Shown: positions 38,401 through 48,712 of the stretch, one piece after another
Numbering within the stretch: the stretch's first letter is position 1
Layout: each line of letters begins with the position of its first letter
Assembly: GCA_020721805.1 (NCBI GenBank)
Contig: DYMB01000003.1
Coordinates: 35,921 to 99,920 of the forward strand
Direction: 5' to 3'
Origin: Acetofilamentum sp.
GTDB taxonomy: Bacteria > Hydrothermota > 32-111
Length of the DNA stretch: 64,000 nt
Made by a program: the position numbers and the translations under genes
Notes under the pieces: generated by a model
What the model was told of the DNA's origin: nothing
The model's input: only the letters and a program-made list of their open reading frames with translations
Database searches by the model: none

Positions 38401-39351
38401 ATGAGAAAAATCTTTTATCATTTTCTTAGACTGTCGATAACTATTCTTATACTTTTTTTCATATTTAAAAATACTGACATAACTTCCATATACAATATCA
38501 TAAAAAAATCTAAAATTTTTTATCTTTTTCTTTCTGTTTCAACTATAGGTTTTGTATCTTTTATCATTGCTTTGAGATGGCAACTTATTTTAAAAATCTA
38601 TGGTTTTAAAATTTCCTTGCTAAAATCTTTTAAAATCTACAATATAGCCTTCTTTTTTAACAATTTTCTTCCATCGACGGTTGGAATGGATTTTGTGAGG
38701 GGAGCATATGTTGTTGCCGATCAGAAGAGGATATCCGATGTTATCTCCTCTATCATAATTGAAAGATGGATTGGTTTGCTTGGTATAATATTATATATAT
38801 CCCTTGTGCCTATTTTCTTTTTCAAATATGGTATAACAAAATATTTTTTATATGTATCTTTAACAGGCATTATTCTTTCGGCAATATTTCTAATAGTAAT
38901 TATGAATGATAGAGTATTTTATTTTGTTTACTCTTTTTTTTCTAAAATAAAAATTTTGAAAATTGGAAAAAGTGTAAATTCACTTTTGAACTCGTTGAGA
39001 ATAATTAAAGATAGAAAAAGGGATCTTCTGTTCAATCTCTTTCTTTCATCTTTGATACAAATAGTTTTTGTTTTCACTAACCATCTTATAGTAATATCAC
39101 AGAATCTTTCGGTGAGATTGATCGATGAAATAATATATGTTCCATTCATATCGATAATCTCGATGATCCCTTTAACGATCAATGGGCTCGGCTTAAGGGA
39201 GTGGGCTTATATAAATTTTTTTAAACTCACATCTAAAGAAGAGATAGTCTCTTTATCCCTGACCTTTTTTTTAGTTTCGATAATATATAGTTTCGTTGGT
39301 GGGATAATGTTTGTTTTTGATAAACAAAATTTTAAAAAGGAGAAAGAATGA
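38401..39351 (+). CDS. UPF0104 / lysylphosphatidylglycerol-synthase-TM-like (flippase-like) integral membrane protein
   Basis: 316 aa with about 8 TM segments. The N-terminal pattern ...RWQLILKIYGFKISLLKSFKIY...FFNNFLPSTVGMDFVRG matches UPF0104. Confidence 0.55.
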   Translation: MRKIFYHFLRLSITILILFFIFKNTDITSIYNIIKKSKIFYLFLSVSTIGFVSFIIALRWQLILKIYGFKISLLKSFKIYNIAFFFNNFLPSTVGMDFVRGAYVVADQKRISDVISSIIIERWIGLLGIILYISLVPIFFFKYGITKYFLYVSLTGIILSAIFLIVIMNDRVFYFVYSFFSKIKILKIGKSVNSLLNSLRIIKDRKRDLLFNLFLSSLIQIVFVFTNHLIVISQNLSVRLIDEIIYVPFISIISMIPLTINGLGLREWAYINFFKLTSKEEIVSLSLTFFLVSIIYSFVGGIMFVFDKQNFKKEKE

Positions 39352-40697
39352 AAAGACTTAATTATCTTTTACTTTTATTTTTTTTATCCTTATTTGTTTA
39401 CAGTTCGGAGAGCCTTTATAAAAGAGAGTTTGAAAGTTTTAAATTGGACAATGGACTTGAAATATTGATGGTAAAAACCAAGACTCAACCGATCGTAACT
39501 ATACAGATAGCTGCAAAAAATGGTTCATACACTCAAATACCTGAAAATTGTGGTTTATCACATCTTTATGAACATATGTTTTTTAAAGGAAATGTAAAAT
39601 GGAAAACTCAGGAAGAATATAATAAAAGGATAAGGGAACTTGGAATAATTTACAATGGAATGACATCAAACGAATCTGTGAGATATTTTTTCACCCTCCC
39701 ATCGAAGAATCTAAACGAAGGGCTGGAATTTATGTCATATGCCATTATCGATCCTTTATTCGATTCGATTGAATTGGAAAAAGAACGTAAAGTTGTTTTA
39801 AACGAATTCAACAGGGATTTTTCAAATCCTATTTATAGATTTTATCAAACCATAGATTCGCTTCTTTATGAAAAATATTTTTATAGAAAAAATACCATAG
39901 GGACAAAAAATATAATAATGGGTGCAACAAGAGAACAGATGTATCAAATTAAAAACAGGTATTATATACCAAACAACTGTGCCCTGGTGATAGTTGGTGA
40001 TATAGATTTCAAAGAAACTAAAAATCTTGTTAAAAAATATTTTAACAGATGGGAGAAGGGGGATGATCCAGTTTTCGATTTTCCCAAACATCCACCTCTT
40101 GATTCAAATAAAACATTTTTTATAGTTGATAAAGTTTCCACTTCAGAATACTCTCTCTCGTTTAGAGTACCCGATTTTAATCCCGATAGAGTTGAAACCT
40201 ATGCTATGGATCTTCTATCCGATTATCTTTCGATGAAATCTTCTAAACTGTATAAAGATCTTGTTGAAAGTGGACTTGTCTATGACTATTATGTTGGTTA
40301 TTCAGGTTTAAAGGATGGTGCCGAATTTTCCTTTTATGTTGATCTGAAAGGAGAGAATTTACCAAAGGTAAGAGAGACGATATTCAAACATCTAAAAGAT
40401 CTTATCGATGAAAACTATTTTGATGAAAAACTACTTGAAAGAGCAAGGGAGAATGCGGAGGTGCAGATGTACAAAAGACTTGAATCATCCCGTTCCTATG
40501 CCTTAACTCTCGGTTATTGGTGGTGTGTTGGTGGTGTCGAGAGTTTTCAAAAATATAATGAAAGGATAAAACAGGTTAATTCCAGTGATTTGAAAAAAGT
40601 TGCCGCTGATTATCTTGTTGGTAAGAATCATGTTGAGGTGATCCTTACCGATTCAACAAACTTTAAAAACCTTTCTTTAATTGGGGGAGAAAAATGA
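39348..40697 (+). CDS. M16-family zinc metallopeptidase (active subunit)
   Basis: It has the inverted zinc motif HLYEHMFFKG (HxxEH) plus a downstream Glu region. Signal peptide present. Confidence 0.8.
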   Translation: MKRLNYLLLLFFLSLFVYSSESLYKREFESFKLDNGLEILMVKTKTQPIVTIQIAAKNGSYTQIPENCGLSHLYEHMFFKGNVKWKTQEEYNKRIRELGIIYNGMTSNESVRYFFTLPSKNLNEGLEFMSYAIIDPLFDSIELEKERKVVLNEFNRDFSNPIYRFYQTIDSLLYEKYFYRKNTIGTKNIIMGATREQMYQIKNRYYIPNNCALVIVGDIDFKETKNLVKKYFNRWEKGDDPVFDFPKHPPLDSNKTFFIVDKVSTSEYSLSFRVPDFNPDRVETYAMDLLSDYLSMKSSKLYKDLVESGLVYDYYVGYSGLKDGAEFSFYVDLKGENLPKVRETIFKHLKDLIDENYFDEKLLERARENAEVQMYKRLESSRSYALTLGYWWCVGGVESFQKYNERIKQVNSSDLKKVAADYLVGKNHVEVILTDSTNFKNLSLIGGEK

Positions 40698-41950
40698 AAA
40701 AAATATTGTCTATTCTTTTTGTCATCCTTATTTTTTCAACACTTTTTTCCGAGGTAAAAAAAATAAGTATTTCTAAAAATCTTGAACTACTCTATTATTA
40801 TGCACCAGAAAACGATTTTTCAGCCATGTCGATTTTTATAGATGGTGGAAGTTTCAACTATGATAAGAGTAAGTCTGGAATAGAAAAATTGATATTCAGA
40901 ATGATAGAGAATGGTGGAAAGAGTTATGATCCTTCAACAATGAATGATTTGAAGGATAAATATTTTATTTCTATCTCCTATGAGAACTCCTATGATTATT
41001 CATCGTTTTCTTTTATGACGGTTAACAGATACTTTGAGGATGTCATAAAAATATTTGCCGATAATTTTAAAAATCCAGATTTTTCGGAAACTTTGCTTGA
41101 GAAGGAAAAAATAAAAATGATGGATGAGATAAAATCAAAAAAGGATGATCCCGATGAGTTCTTATATTTAAAGATCAACGAATATTTTTTCAATGGTCAT
41201 CCTTATTCTTCAGATCCGGATGGTTATGAGGAAACCGTGATGAATCTTAAACCCGATGATCTTTATGAACATTTAAATAAGATCCTTTCAAAGAGAAGGG
41301 TAATAATAAGTGTTATTTCAGGGTTACCTTTTGAACAAACGGAAAAGATAATTAGACAATATTTTGGTTTCATAAATGGAAAAGAGGAAAAAAAGAGAAT
41401 TTTAAAAGGTTTCCATTTGAGCGAAAAAGATACGATAATAAAATACTCAAAAGAGGGATTACAGACAAAATATCTTGGTTGTAAATTTATCATATCGTCT
41501 GTTAACGATGAAGATTATATTCCGGTTAGAATAGGATTATCTATTCTTTCTAAAAGGGTTTACGAAACATTGAGAACAAAGCATGGGTTGACCTATTCCG
41601 CTTATGTGGGAGCTTCAAATAAACTTTCAAACTATGGTGTATTCTATGTTAGTACTGATTATCCCGATTCTGCTTTGAAACTCTTTAAACTGGAAGTGGA
41701 TAATTTTAAAAATTCCGGTATAAAACAGGAAGAGATAGATGATATGAAAAACCTTTTTCAGACATCCTTTTACCTTGAAAAAGAGAATACTATGAAAATA
41801 GCATATTCACTTGCTTACAATTATCTGCTCTTTAACGATTACAACTATGATTTAAAGTTTATTAAAAAGATCGAGGAATTGAAAAGTCATCAAATAGATA
41901 AAATCTTAAACAAATATTTGAAAAATTTTAAATTCGTTTTAGTGGAATAA
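40694..41950 (+). CDS. M16-family peptidase partner subunit (no HxxEH motif; likely non-catalytic)
   Basis: 418 aa with a signal peptide. The M16-like fold composition is present but the HxxEH motif is absent. ATGA overlap with the upstream M16 gene. Confidence 0.6.
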   Translation: MKKILSILFVILIFSTLFSEVKKISISKNLELLYYYAPENDFSAMSIFIDGGSFNYDKSKSGIEKLIFRMIENGGKSYDPSTMNDLKDKYFISISYENSYDYSSFSFMTVNRYFEDVIKIFADNFKNPDFSETLLEKEKIKMMDEIKSKKDDPDEFLYLKINEYFFNGHPYSSDPDGYEETVMNLKPDDLYEHLNKILSKRRVIISVISGLPFEQTEKIIRQYFGFINGKEEKKRILKGFHLSEKDTIIKYSKEGLQTKYLGCKFIISSVNDEDYIPVRIGLSILSKRVYETLRTKHGLTYSAYVGASNKLSNYGVFYVSTDYPDSALKLFKLEVDNFKNSGIKQEEIDDMKNLFQTSFYLEKENTMKIAYSLAYNYLLFNDYNYDLKFIKKIEELKSHQIDKILNKYLKNFKFVLVE

Positions 41951-41956
41951 AAAAAA

Positions 41957-42015
41957 GGAAGCAGGATTGTCTTTTTGAAGTGTGTAGTATTTAAGACAAT
42001 TTTAAACCTGCTTCC
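41957..42015. other. long nested imperfect hairpin in the M16-cdd intergenic region (possible terminator / RNA structure)
   Basis: GGAAGCAGG-ATTGTCTT ... AAGACAAT-tttaaa-CCTGCTTCC. An A-run precedes it but no clean T-run follows on the + strand. Confidence 0.4.
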
Positions 42016-42102
42016 ATTATAAATTTAAATCCTTAAAAGATTTTTGTCAATATCTTAAATAATTTTTATTGAAATATTTTTTATGGTAGATAAAATAATA
42101 AT

Positions 42103-42486
42103 ATGGACGGTTCTAAAAAAATAATAGATAGATTGAAAAAACTTGCAGAGAAAAGTTATTCGACCTATTCACATTATCGTGTTTCATCGATACTCTTCTC
42201 TGAGGATGGGAAAGAATATTATGGTGTGAATGTTGAAAATGCTTCTTATTCTTTAACCATATGTGCTGAAAGAAACGCTTTTTTTAATGCGATAACATCC
42301 GGTGAGAGGAAATTTAAAGAAATATATATATATGCTGATTCGGATACACTTCCCTTTCCCTGTGGCGCATGTTTACAGGTTATGGCTGAGTTTGTTGATG
42401 ATGATTTTAAAGTGATCATCGTTTCAAATAAAGAAAAAAGGGAATATAGATTCGGTGAACTTTTTCCTAAAAGATTTGAATTATGA
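42103..42486 (+). CDS. cdd: cytidine deaminase
   Basis: 127 aa with the zinc motifs CAERNAF and PCGACLQVM. Confidence 0.9.
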   Translation: MDGSKKIIDRLKKLAEKSYSTYSHYRVSSILFSEDGKEYYGVNVENASYSLTICAERNAFFNAITSGERKFKEIYIYADSDTLPFPCGACLQVMAEFVDDDFKVIIVSNKEKREYRFGELFPKRFEL

Positions 42487-43583
42487 AAAACATTTTTATT
42501 CCGCTTATAGTCTTTTCTCTTTTAACATCATGTGTAAAAAACTACAGTATCCAGAAAACAGGATACGATCCTTTCAAAGCACAACGGGATATAGAACTAT
42601 TTTTTTTTTCAACCTATCTGTATGAAATTAAAATTGAAAATGATCCCGTGAAGATAAATTTAACCGGTCAAAAGGATCCCTTGAACAGATTTTCGGTTAA
42701 GGGATATTTTAAAATTTTAAACGAAAAGAAAAATCTCGATCATATTTTTACAGGTGTTGAATGGATAAGAATAAAGGATTTTAAGAAAGATGAGATTGAA
42801 TTTTTTGATGTGATAGATTTTATTGAAAATATTTTTGATAGAAACTCTTTACAATTTTTCTCATACGATGAAAAAAAATATATTTTCAAGGTCAAAATAA
42901 ATACAACGATATTCGATCCTGTGAATTATCTTCAAAATGGATTTCTTACCTATTATCCAAAACAAAAGAGAATAACATTTCAAATTGAAAACAATGATAA
43001 TTTTTTTGTTTCAATAGAAAAAGATAATATAAAAACTTTCAAAATTCTAAACGAATATTATAATTCCGGCAGGTTGGTTGGAGGTCCTCCAGAAAATCTG
43101 GAAATGTTAAAAAAAAGGATTCTTGAATTCGATATAGGGAAAATAACAGATGGTATTCTTTATTTGAATTCTGATTTAAAAAGAGTGAATTTCGATTTGA
43201 ATATGTTAAAAGAGGATTCACTCTCGTTTTATACTTTTGATTATGTTTTAGCGTTAGATGATACCTCAGGTATAGTCTATTTGAATTTTGATGTGAGGAA
43301 TACGGTTAAAATCAAGGAAAAAATTTTAACCGTTGCCAAAAGAAACGATATTTATATTGAAAGACATAATGGAAGTTGTGATATTCTTTTTTATAACATT
43401 GAACTTAGCGATGATCGTCAACTTGTTTGCAAACTTGGAAAATTTGCTTTTTTTGCAAAATATACCACAGTTGATAAAATTTTAAAGATAAGGGATGTTA
43501 ATGAAAAATTTGTTTCGTTCATTCTAAGCGTAAATGAATTTCCATTCGATTTTAAAAATTTATATTTTAAGGAGGTTGAATGA
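42483..43583 (+). CDS. hypothetical lipoprotein
   Basis: 366 aa with signal peptide and lipobox LLTSC. No recognisable catalytic motif. Confidence 0.4.
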   Translation: MKNIFIPLIVFSLLTSCVKNYSIQKTGYDPFKAQRDIELFFFSTYLYEIKIENDPVKINLTGQKDPLNRFSVKGYFKILNEKKNLDHIFTGVEWIRIKDFKKDEIEFFDVIDFIENIFDRNSLQFFSYDEKKYIFKVKINTTIFDPVNYLQNGFLTYYPKQKRITFQIENNDNFFVSIEKDNIKTFKILNEYYNSGRLVGGPPENLEMLKKRILEFDIGKITDGILYLNSDLKRVNFDLNMLKEDSLSFYTFDYVLALDDTSGIVYLNFDVRNTVKIKEKILTVAKRNDIYIERHNGSCDILFYNIELSDDRQLVCKLGKFAFFAKYTTVDKILKIRDVNEKFVSFILSVNEFPFDFKNLYFKEVE

Positions 43584-43753
43584 TAGAAAAAAAACTACTC
43601 GATATCCTTGTCTGTCCTAAATGTAAAGGTGAACTTATATATGATGAACTTAAAGATATTTTGATATGCAAAAAGGACAAGATCTATTTTGAAATAAAAA
43701 ACAATATACCAATAATGGTTCTTGAGAAAGCAAAGAAACTTGATGAAAATTAA
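43580..43753 (+). CDS. Trm112-like (UPF0434/YcaR) small zinc-ribbon protein, absent from the ORF track (57 aa)
   Basis: It translates to MIEKKLLDILVCPKCKGELIYDELKDILICKKDKIYFEIKNNIPIMVLEKAKKLDEN. The LLxILVCPxCKG motif is present. ATGA overlap upstream, and the next gene's ATG overlaps its end. Confidence 0.7.
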   Translation: MIEKKLLDILVCPKCKGELIYDELKDILICKKDKIYFEIKNNIPIMVLEKAKKLDEN

Positions 43754-46700
43754 ATTTTTCCTTTTTTTGGCATTCTTTTCTATTCTTCTTGAAAGTAGAG
43801 TATTAAGTTATAATGATGAACAAAGTGTTATAGTAGAATATTATCCCAAAGAAAAAATCTCCGATCTTTTAGATTTTGAAAAAGAGGATGATCACATAGT
43901 AAAGAATATCTATATTAATGTACCGGATGGTAAAGTTGATGTAAAAGTTGTTTTTGAAGGTAAAGAAAAAGGAAAAAATTTTTATGGTAATTTCGATTAT
44001 AAAAAAACCAACGCTATTTATAAAAAAGAGTTTGTTTATGCATCAAGACAGAGAATACTGCATTTGAAAATTTATCCTGTTTATGCATGCGATAAAGAGG
44101 ACCTTTACTTTTATTCAAAATTTAAAATAGAAGTAAAATTTGAAAAAAAACTTGAAAAAGAAGAAGAAGCAAACCCATTGACACCTTCATCTGTTAACTC
44201 GAATTTTTTTTCAACCGCTTTTCACTATCCTAAATTTGAAGAATTGAAGATAAAATACTATTTGAAACTTGAAATACTTGAAGATGCTCTTTACAGGATA
44301 GAGTATGATGATCTTAAAAATGCGGGATACAATCCCGAGTTGATAGATCCCAAAGAGATTTCTCTCTTTTCAAGAAGAGATCTTTTTTTACCCGCTGATA
44401 CTCCAGATATGTTTTACTTTAAAGATCCAAAACCTGAACCTTTTATTTTTTTTGGAGATGATGATAACCGTTTCGAAAAGGGCGAATATTTTATTTTCTA
44501 TGGGAGATCGATAAAAGGGAAAGGGAAAAATTTTTATTCATCCATAGATCTCTACAATAATCCTTTTACAGATTACAACCAATATATTTTAACATTCAAC
44601 AAAGATGAACAGGTTAAAATTAAAGAATTTACATTTTTAAATTCAGGTGGTGATTCCATCACAGAACTTGTAAAAATTTTTAGATACGATTCGATAAATC
44701 CACTTATGGCAGGTTTCGGATGGGCATGGAGGAGTTTTGAACTTAAAAAAGACTCAACGATTTCAGATTACATATGGAATTTTAAATTGGATGGAATAAG
44801 TTCAAAAACTGGTATTTTAACCGTCTCTTTCTTTTTTCAAACAGATTATAATGACACATTTGATATAGATATTGAGTTGAATGGAATAATAGTTGGAAGG
44901 GCATCCTCAAGGGGAGCTTATACGACACTACCCAAAGAATTTTCATTCAATGTTTTTAATCTTGAAGAGAATAATAGTTTAAGAATAATACCTTTGAATA
45001 CCGATAACAGGAATAAAACTTTTTACCTATGTTCCGTTCAAATAGATCACACTATCAACCTGAATCAGGCTGAAGAAGTAAAGATAGAAAACAAGAGTGA
45101 GGATAAAGATTTAGTTTTATATTCAGATAAAAAAGGATTTTTTCTCTATCAAAAAACCCCTTATGGTGATTATTTTGCCAGTGTAGGGAAAAATGAAAAG
45201 AGAATTTTTAAACTCTATCCAAACTCGGAAACATTCATTTCAACTCGGTTGAAAAAGGTTGACAGGATGGAATATGTTGATTGCACTGATATAGCAGATT
45301 TTTATGAGGGATGTGATGTTTTAATTATTACAAAAAAAGGTTTTAAAAATGCTACCAATTCTTATGTTTTGCACAGGAAAATGCAAAATGTAAAGGTAAA
45401 GGTCTTTGAATTTGAAAGGATAGATGATCTTTTCTCTTTCGGTATGAGACATTTTGCTTCCATAAAATCTTTTCTTTACTTTGCACAAAAAAGATGGCTG
45501 AATTTCCCTAAATATTTAATTTTACTTGGTTCGGGTTCATACGATTATAAAAACCGAAAGAATACATATGAAAACAGAAACATAGTTCCAGCGTATGAAA
45601 CCGGATATGGGGTTTACAAACTGGATCTTTTAACAACCTACAGATCGGAATGCACCGATAGGTGGTTTTCACTTTTAACACCTGACAACTATATTGACAT
45701 AATACCTGGAAGAATTACGGTTTTAAATCAAGATCAAGTCTATCCTGCTCTTAAAAAAATAATAGATTACGAAACAAAAACTCCAGTGGATATAAAGAAT
45801 AAAGCCCTTGTAATTTCCGATGATGAATACAGTTCAAGATTAACGAGTGATTATAACGATATTCTCTTTTTAAGTATGAGTGAGGAACTTTCAAATCTTC
45901 TTGGAAATATCTTTGCAGTTAAAAAACTTTATCTTACGGATTATAGGGGTGATCTTGAAAAAACCGATCACTGGCCATACAATCCCGGATTTAAAAGGGA
46001 TGTAAGATTCGTGTTAAGGGATATCTTATCCGATGGTGTAAACTTTGGTTTTTTTTACGGTCATGGTTCATACTACTCTTTGACCCATGAGCATATACTT
46101 GAATATCCTACGGATATAGATCTTTTCGACAACATTTTCAAATATCCTGTTTTTCTTTTTGGAACCTGTCAGGCTGGACAGTTTGATAACGATTATGGAT
46201 GTATTGCAGGTGATTTCCAGATCTTACCTTATTCCGGATTTTCAGCAACCATCGCTGCAACAAGAGCAACCGGTGCGGGTGAAAATCAAAACATACTTTA
46301 CAATTCTTTTGCACATGATCTTTTCCTCTATGGTGGTTATAAAACACTTGGTGAATACTATCTTTCTATGATAAACGCAAATAACAATATATACACATCA
46401 CATCAAATTTTTGGAGATCCATCGATGGTCATTAAAAAATATGCATACGATGTTGAAATATTGTCACCCGAAACATTAAACCTCGGTTCATACAACAAAA
46501 TAGGTTTCAAATCTCAAAACGAAAAAAATGATGAAATTTTTATAGATATTTATCAGCCTTTCTATACCGATTCACACGATTATACTCATATTTATCCCTA
46601 TTCTTATTTTTATTATACCAAAACCGATGGAGTATCCTATAAGATTAAAGATCTTTCAAAGGAAAATCTTTTCAACATATATCTACCCGATACTTTTTCA

Positions 46701-47411
46701 AACAAAAAATATCAACCTTTTATGAATATAACATCAGTTTATGAAGATGATACTTTAATCCATTCAAAGATAAAAAGGGTATATTATGTTAAAAAGAGAG
46801 AGGATGTTCTTTCCCAATCAAATATCAATCTTTACATCAATGGGGTCAAAGTATATGATACCATCGTGTGCCCCGATGAATATAAACTCACCGTGGAATT
46901 TTACTCTAAAAATGGATTATATACTTCAAATCTTGATGAATACAAACCTGTGGTATATTTTACATCCGATTATAAAAGAAATTTAAATTCATTCGTTTTA
47001 TATAAAGATACCTTTAAACTGGATCTTTTTGTTGATACAGCATACAGTTTCTTAGAAACACTTAGAGTCGTGCTTTACGATAATCTTCTAAAAAGATACG
47101 AAAAAAAAGTTTTTTTAAAACATCCAAAGGATAACCCAACTAAAGAAATTTATGTTTATCCGAATCCATTTGAGAATAGTTTTTATATAACTTTCACATC
47201 GAACTCATCTGGATTTATAATATACAGAATTATCGATGAGTATGGAAATCTTATTTTTGCAAACAGAAATGTTGTTAGAAAGGATTTCAACAGTTTAAAA
47301 GTTGAAATAAAAAAGAATATACCTTTGGGAGTTTATCTGCTATCAATCGAAATATTTGATATGGAGAATAATAGAAACTATTTTAAAAACATAAAAATCG
47401 TAAAAAGATGA
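43743..47411 (+). CDS. gingipain-like peptidase C25 (clan CD) with C-terminal T9SS sorting domain
   Basis: It has a signal peptide. The catalytic dyad context is YGHGSYYSL (His) ... FLFGTCQAGQF (Cys), matching gingipain TGHGSETAW ... FDVACVNGDF. The C-terminus VYPNPFENSFYITF...LLSIEIFDMEN is a Por_Secre_tail-type CTD. Confidence 0.8.
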   Translation: MKIKFFLFLAFFSILLESRVLSYNDEQSVIVEYYPKEKISDLLDFEKEDDHIVKNIYINVPDGKVDVKVVFEGKEKGKNFYGNFDYKKTNAIYKKEFVYASRQRILHLKIYPVYACDKEDLYFYSKFKIEVKFEKKLEKEEEANPLTPSSVNSNFFSTAFHYPKFEELKIKYYLKLEILEDALYRIEYDDLKNAGYNPELIDPKEISLFSRRDLFLPADTPDMFYFKDPKPEPFIFFGDDDNRFEKGEYFIFYGRSIKGKGKNFYSSIDLYNNPFTDYNQYILTFNKDEQVKIKEFTFLNSGGDSITELVKIFRYDSINPLMAGFGWAWRSFELKKDSTISDYIWNFKLDGISSKTGILTVSFFFQTDYNDTFDIDIELNGIIVGRASSRGAYTTLPKEFSFNVFNLEENNSLRIIPLNTDNRNKTFYLCSVQIDHTINLNQAEEVKIENKSEDKDLVLYSDKKGFFLYQKTPYGDYFASVGKNEKRIFKLYPNSETFISTRLKKVDRMEYVDCTDIADFYEGCDVLIITKKGFKNATNSYVLHRKMQNVKVKVFEFERIDDLFSFGMRHFASIKSFLYFAQKRWLNFPKYLILLGSGSYDYKNRKNTYENRNIVPAYETGYGVYKLDLLTTYRSECTDRWFSLLTPDNYIDIIPGRITVLNQDQVYPALKKIIDYETKTPVDIKNKALVISDDEYSSRLTSDYNDILFLSMSEELSNLLGNIFAVKKLYLTDYRGDLEKTDHWPYNPGFKRDVRFVLRDILSDGVNFGFFYGHGSYYSLTHEHILEYPTDIDLFDNIFKYPVFLFGTCQAGQFDNDYGCIAGDFQILPYSGFSATIAATRATGAGENQNILYNSFAHDLFLYGGYKTLGEYYLSMINANNNIYTSHQIFGDPSMVIKKYAYDVEILSPETLNLGSYNKIGFKSQNEKNDEIFIDIYQPFYTDSHDYTHIYPYSYFYYTKTDGVSYKIKDLSKENLFNIYLPDTFSNKKYQPFMNITSVYEDDTLIHSKIKRVYYVKKREDVLSQSNINLYINGVKVYDTIVCPDEYKLTVEFYSKNGLYTSNLDEYKPVVYFTSDYKRNLNSFVLYKDTFKLDLFVDTAYSFLETLRVVLYDNLLKRYEKKVFLKHPKDNPTKEIYVYPNPFENSFYITFTSNSSGFIIYRIIDEYGNLIFANRNVVRKDFNSLKVEIKKNIPLGVYLLSIEIFDMENNRNYFKNIKIVKR

Positions 47412-48712
47412 AAAAAATATTTATAATCTTATCTTTATTTTTTGTTATAAAAATTTTTCCACAAAAAAGAATGATGGATATCTTTTTTAAAGAAGAGAGG
47501 ATAGGTTATTATACTCAAAACAAAACTTTACAGGATTCTTTTTTTAAGGTTGAAGAAGAGAGCAAAATTAAGTTTAAAGTATACTCTAACGATATAGAGG
47601 TGGTTACAAATTCAACATCATTCTATGATAGAGAGTGGAAAATCAAAAAATTCTTTATAATGGTTAAAAATGAAAATTTAAACTTATATCTTAATGGGTT
47701 CACTCGAAATGGTAATCTGACAATAAAAACCAATATAACTGGTCTGGAAAAAATTTACAATCTGGAAGCGAAGAATAAAAGAATTCTTTTCAATATTGAA
47801 TCTATCGATAAAAATTTTTTAAATGAAAAATTTTATATTTTAAATCCGCTTACCGTTGAGCTTGAACCTTTTGATGTAAAATTTTTAAGAAACGATACTC
47901 TTAAAATAAAAAACAAAAAAATTGAAGTTTTTGAATATAGTTTTAAATCTAAAAATTCAGAATTTCGTGTATGGTTTGATAGGAACAACAATGTGGTTAA
48001 ATCTATTTCAAAAGAGAAAATAGAGATGGTGTTGACCGATTCTGTTAAGGAGGTTAAAAGTTATTTTAACATACTTGACTATTTTAAAATAAAAGCGGAA
48101 GGAAATTTTAGAAATATAAGAAAAGAAAATTACGCAAAATATATCATTAATGGTATAGAAAAAAAAAACCTTTCCAACCAAAGGCAGGAACATAAAAAGG
48201 ATACTCTCGAGGTTTTTAGAAATTCATTCAGGAAATGGGCTTTTGAAGGTATCAAAGATACTCTCTTCATATTACCAGATTCACAGATAATTTTGAACGC
48301 TGAAAAAATTTTTCAAGAAAGCAAAGGGGATACTTTAAAATATATAAAGAATGTGCTTAAATTTGTAAATAAAAAATTAAAAAAAACCATCTTTTCTGGA
48401 CTGATCTCTCCTGGCGAGATATTTAAAAGATCGTATGGAGACTGCACAGAGCATTCCCAACTCTTTGCGTCATTTATGGTAGCAAAGGGTATAAAGGTTA
48501 ACATAGTTTCCGGAATAGTTTTTTCAGAGGGAGAATTCTATTACCATGCATGGAACAATTTATTCTATAAAGGTAAAATATATTCCATAGATGCTGTCTT
48601 TAACCAGTTTGAAGTCGATCCTTCCCATATTGAAATTTCATCAGGGTTTCCTCCCCAGGAAGTTCTTCTTGAAAACATATCTGGAAAAATTGTAATAAGG
48701 AGAATAAAATGA
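47408..48712 (+). CDS. secreted transglutaminase-like (papain-fold) domain protein
   Basis: 434 aa with a signal peptide. The C-terminal transglutaminase core is present: YGDCTEHSQLF (Cys), YHAWNNLF (His) and a downstream Asp. Confidence 0.7.
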   Translation: MKKIFIILSLFFVIKIFPQKRMMDIFFKEERIGYYTQNKTLQDSFFKVEEESKIKFKVYSNDIEVVTNSTSFYDREWKIKKFFIMVKNENLNLYLNGFTRNGNLTIKTNITGLEKIYNLEAKNKRILFNIESIDKNFLNEKFYILNPLTVELEPFDVKFLRNDTLKIKNKKIEVFEYSFKSKNSEFRVWFDRNNNVVKSISKEKIEMVLTDSVKEVKSYFNILDYFKIKAEGNFRNIRKENYAKYIINGIEKKNLSNQRQEHKKDTLEVFRNSFRKWAFEGIKDTLFILPDSQIILNAEKIFQESKGDTLKYIKNVLKFVNKKLKKTIFSGLISPGEIFKRSYGDCTEHSQLFASFMVAKGIKVNIVSGIVFSEGEFYYHAWNNLFYKGKIYSIDAVFNQFEVDPSHIEISSGFPPQEVLLENISGKIVIRRIK

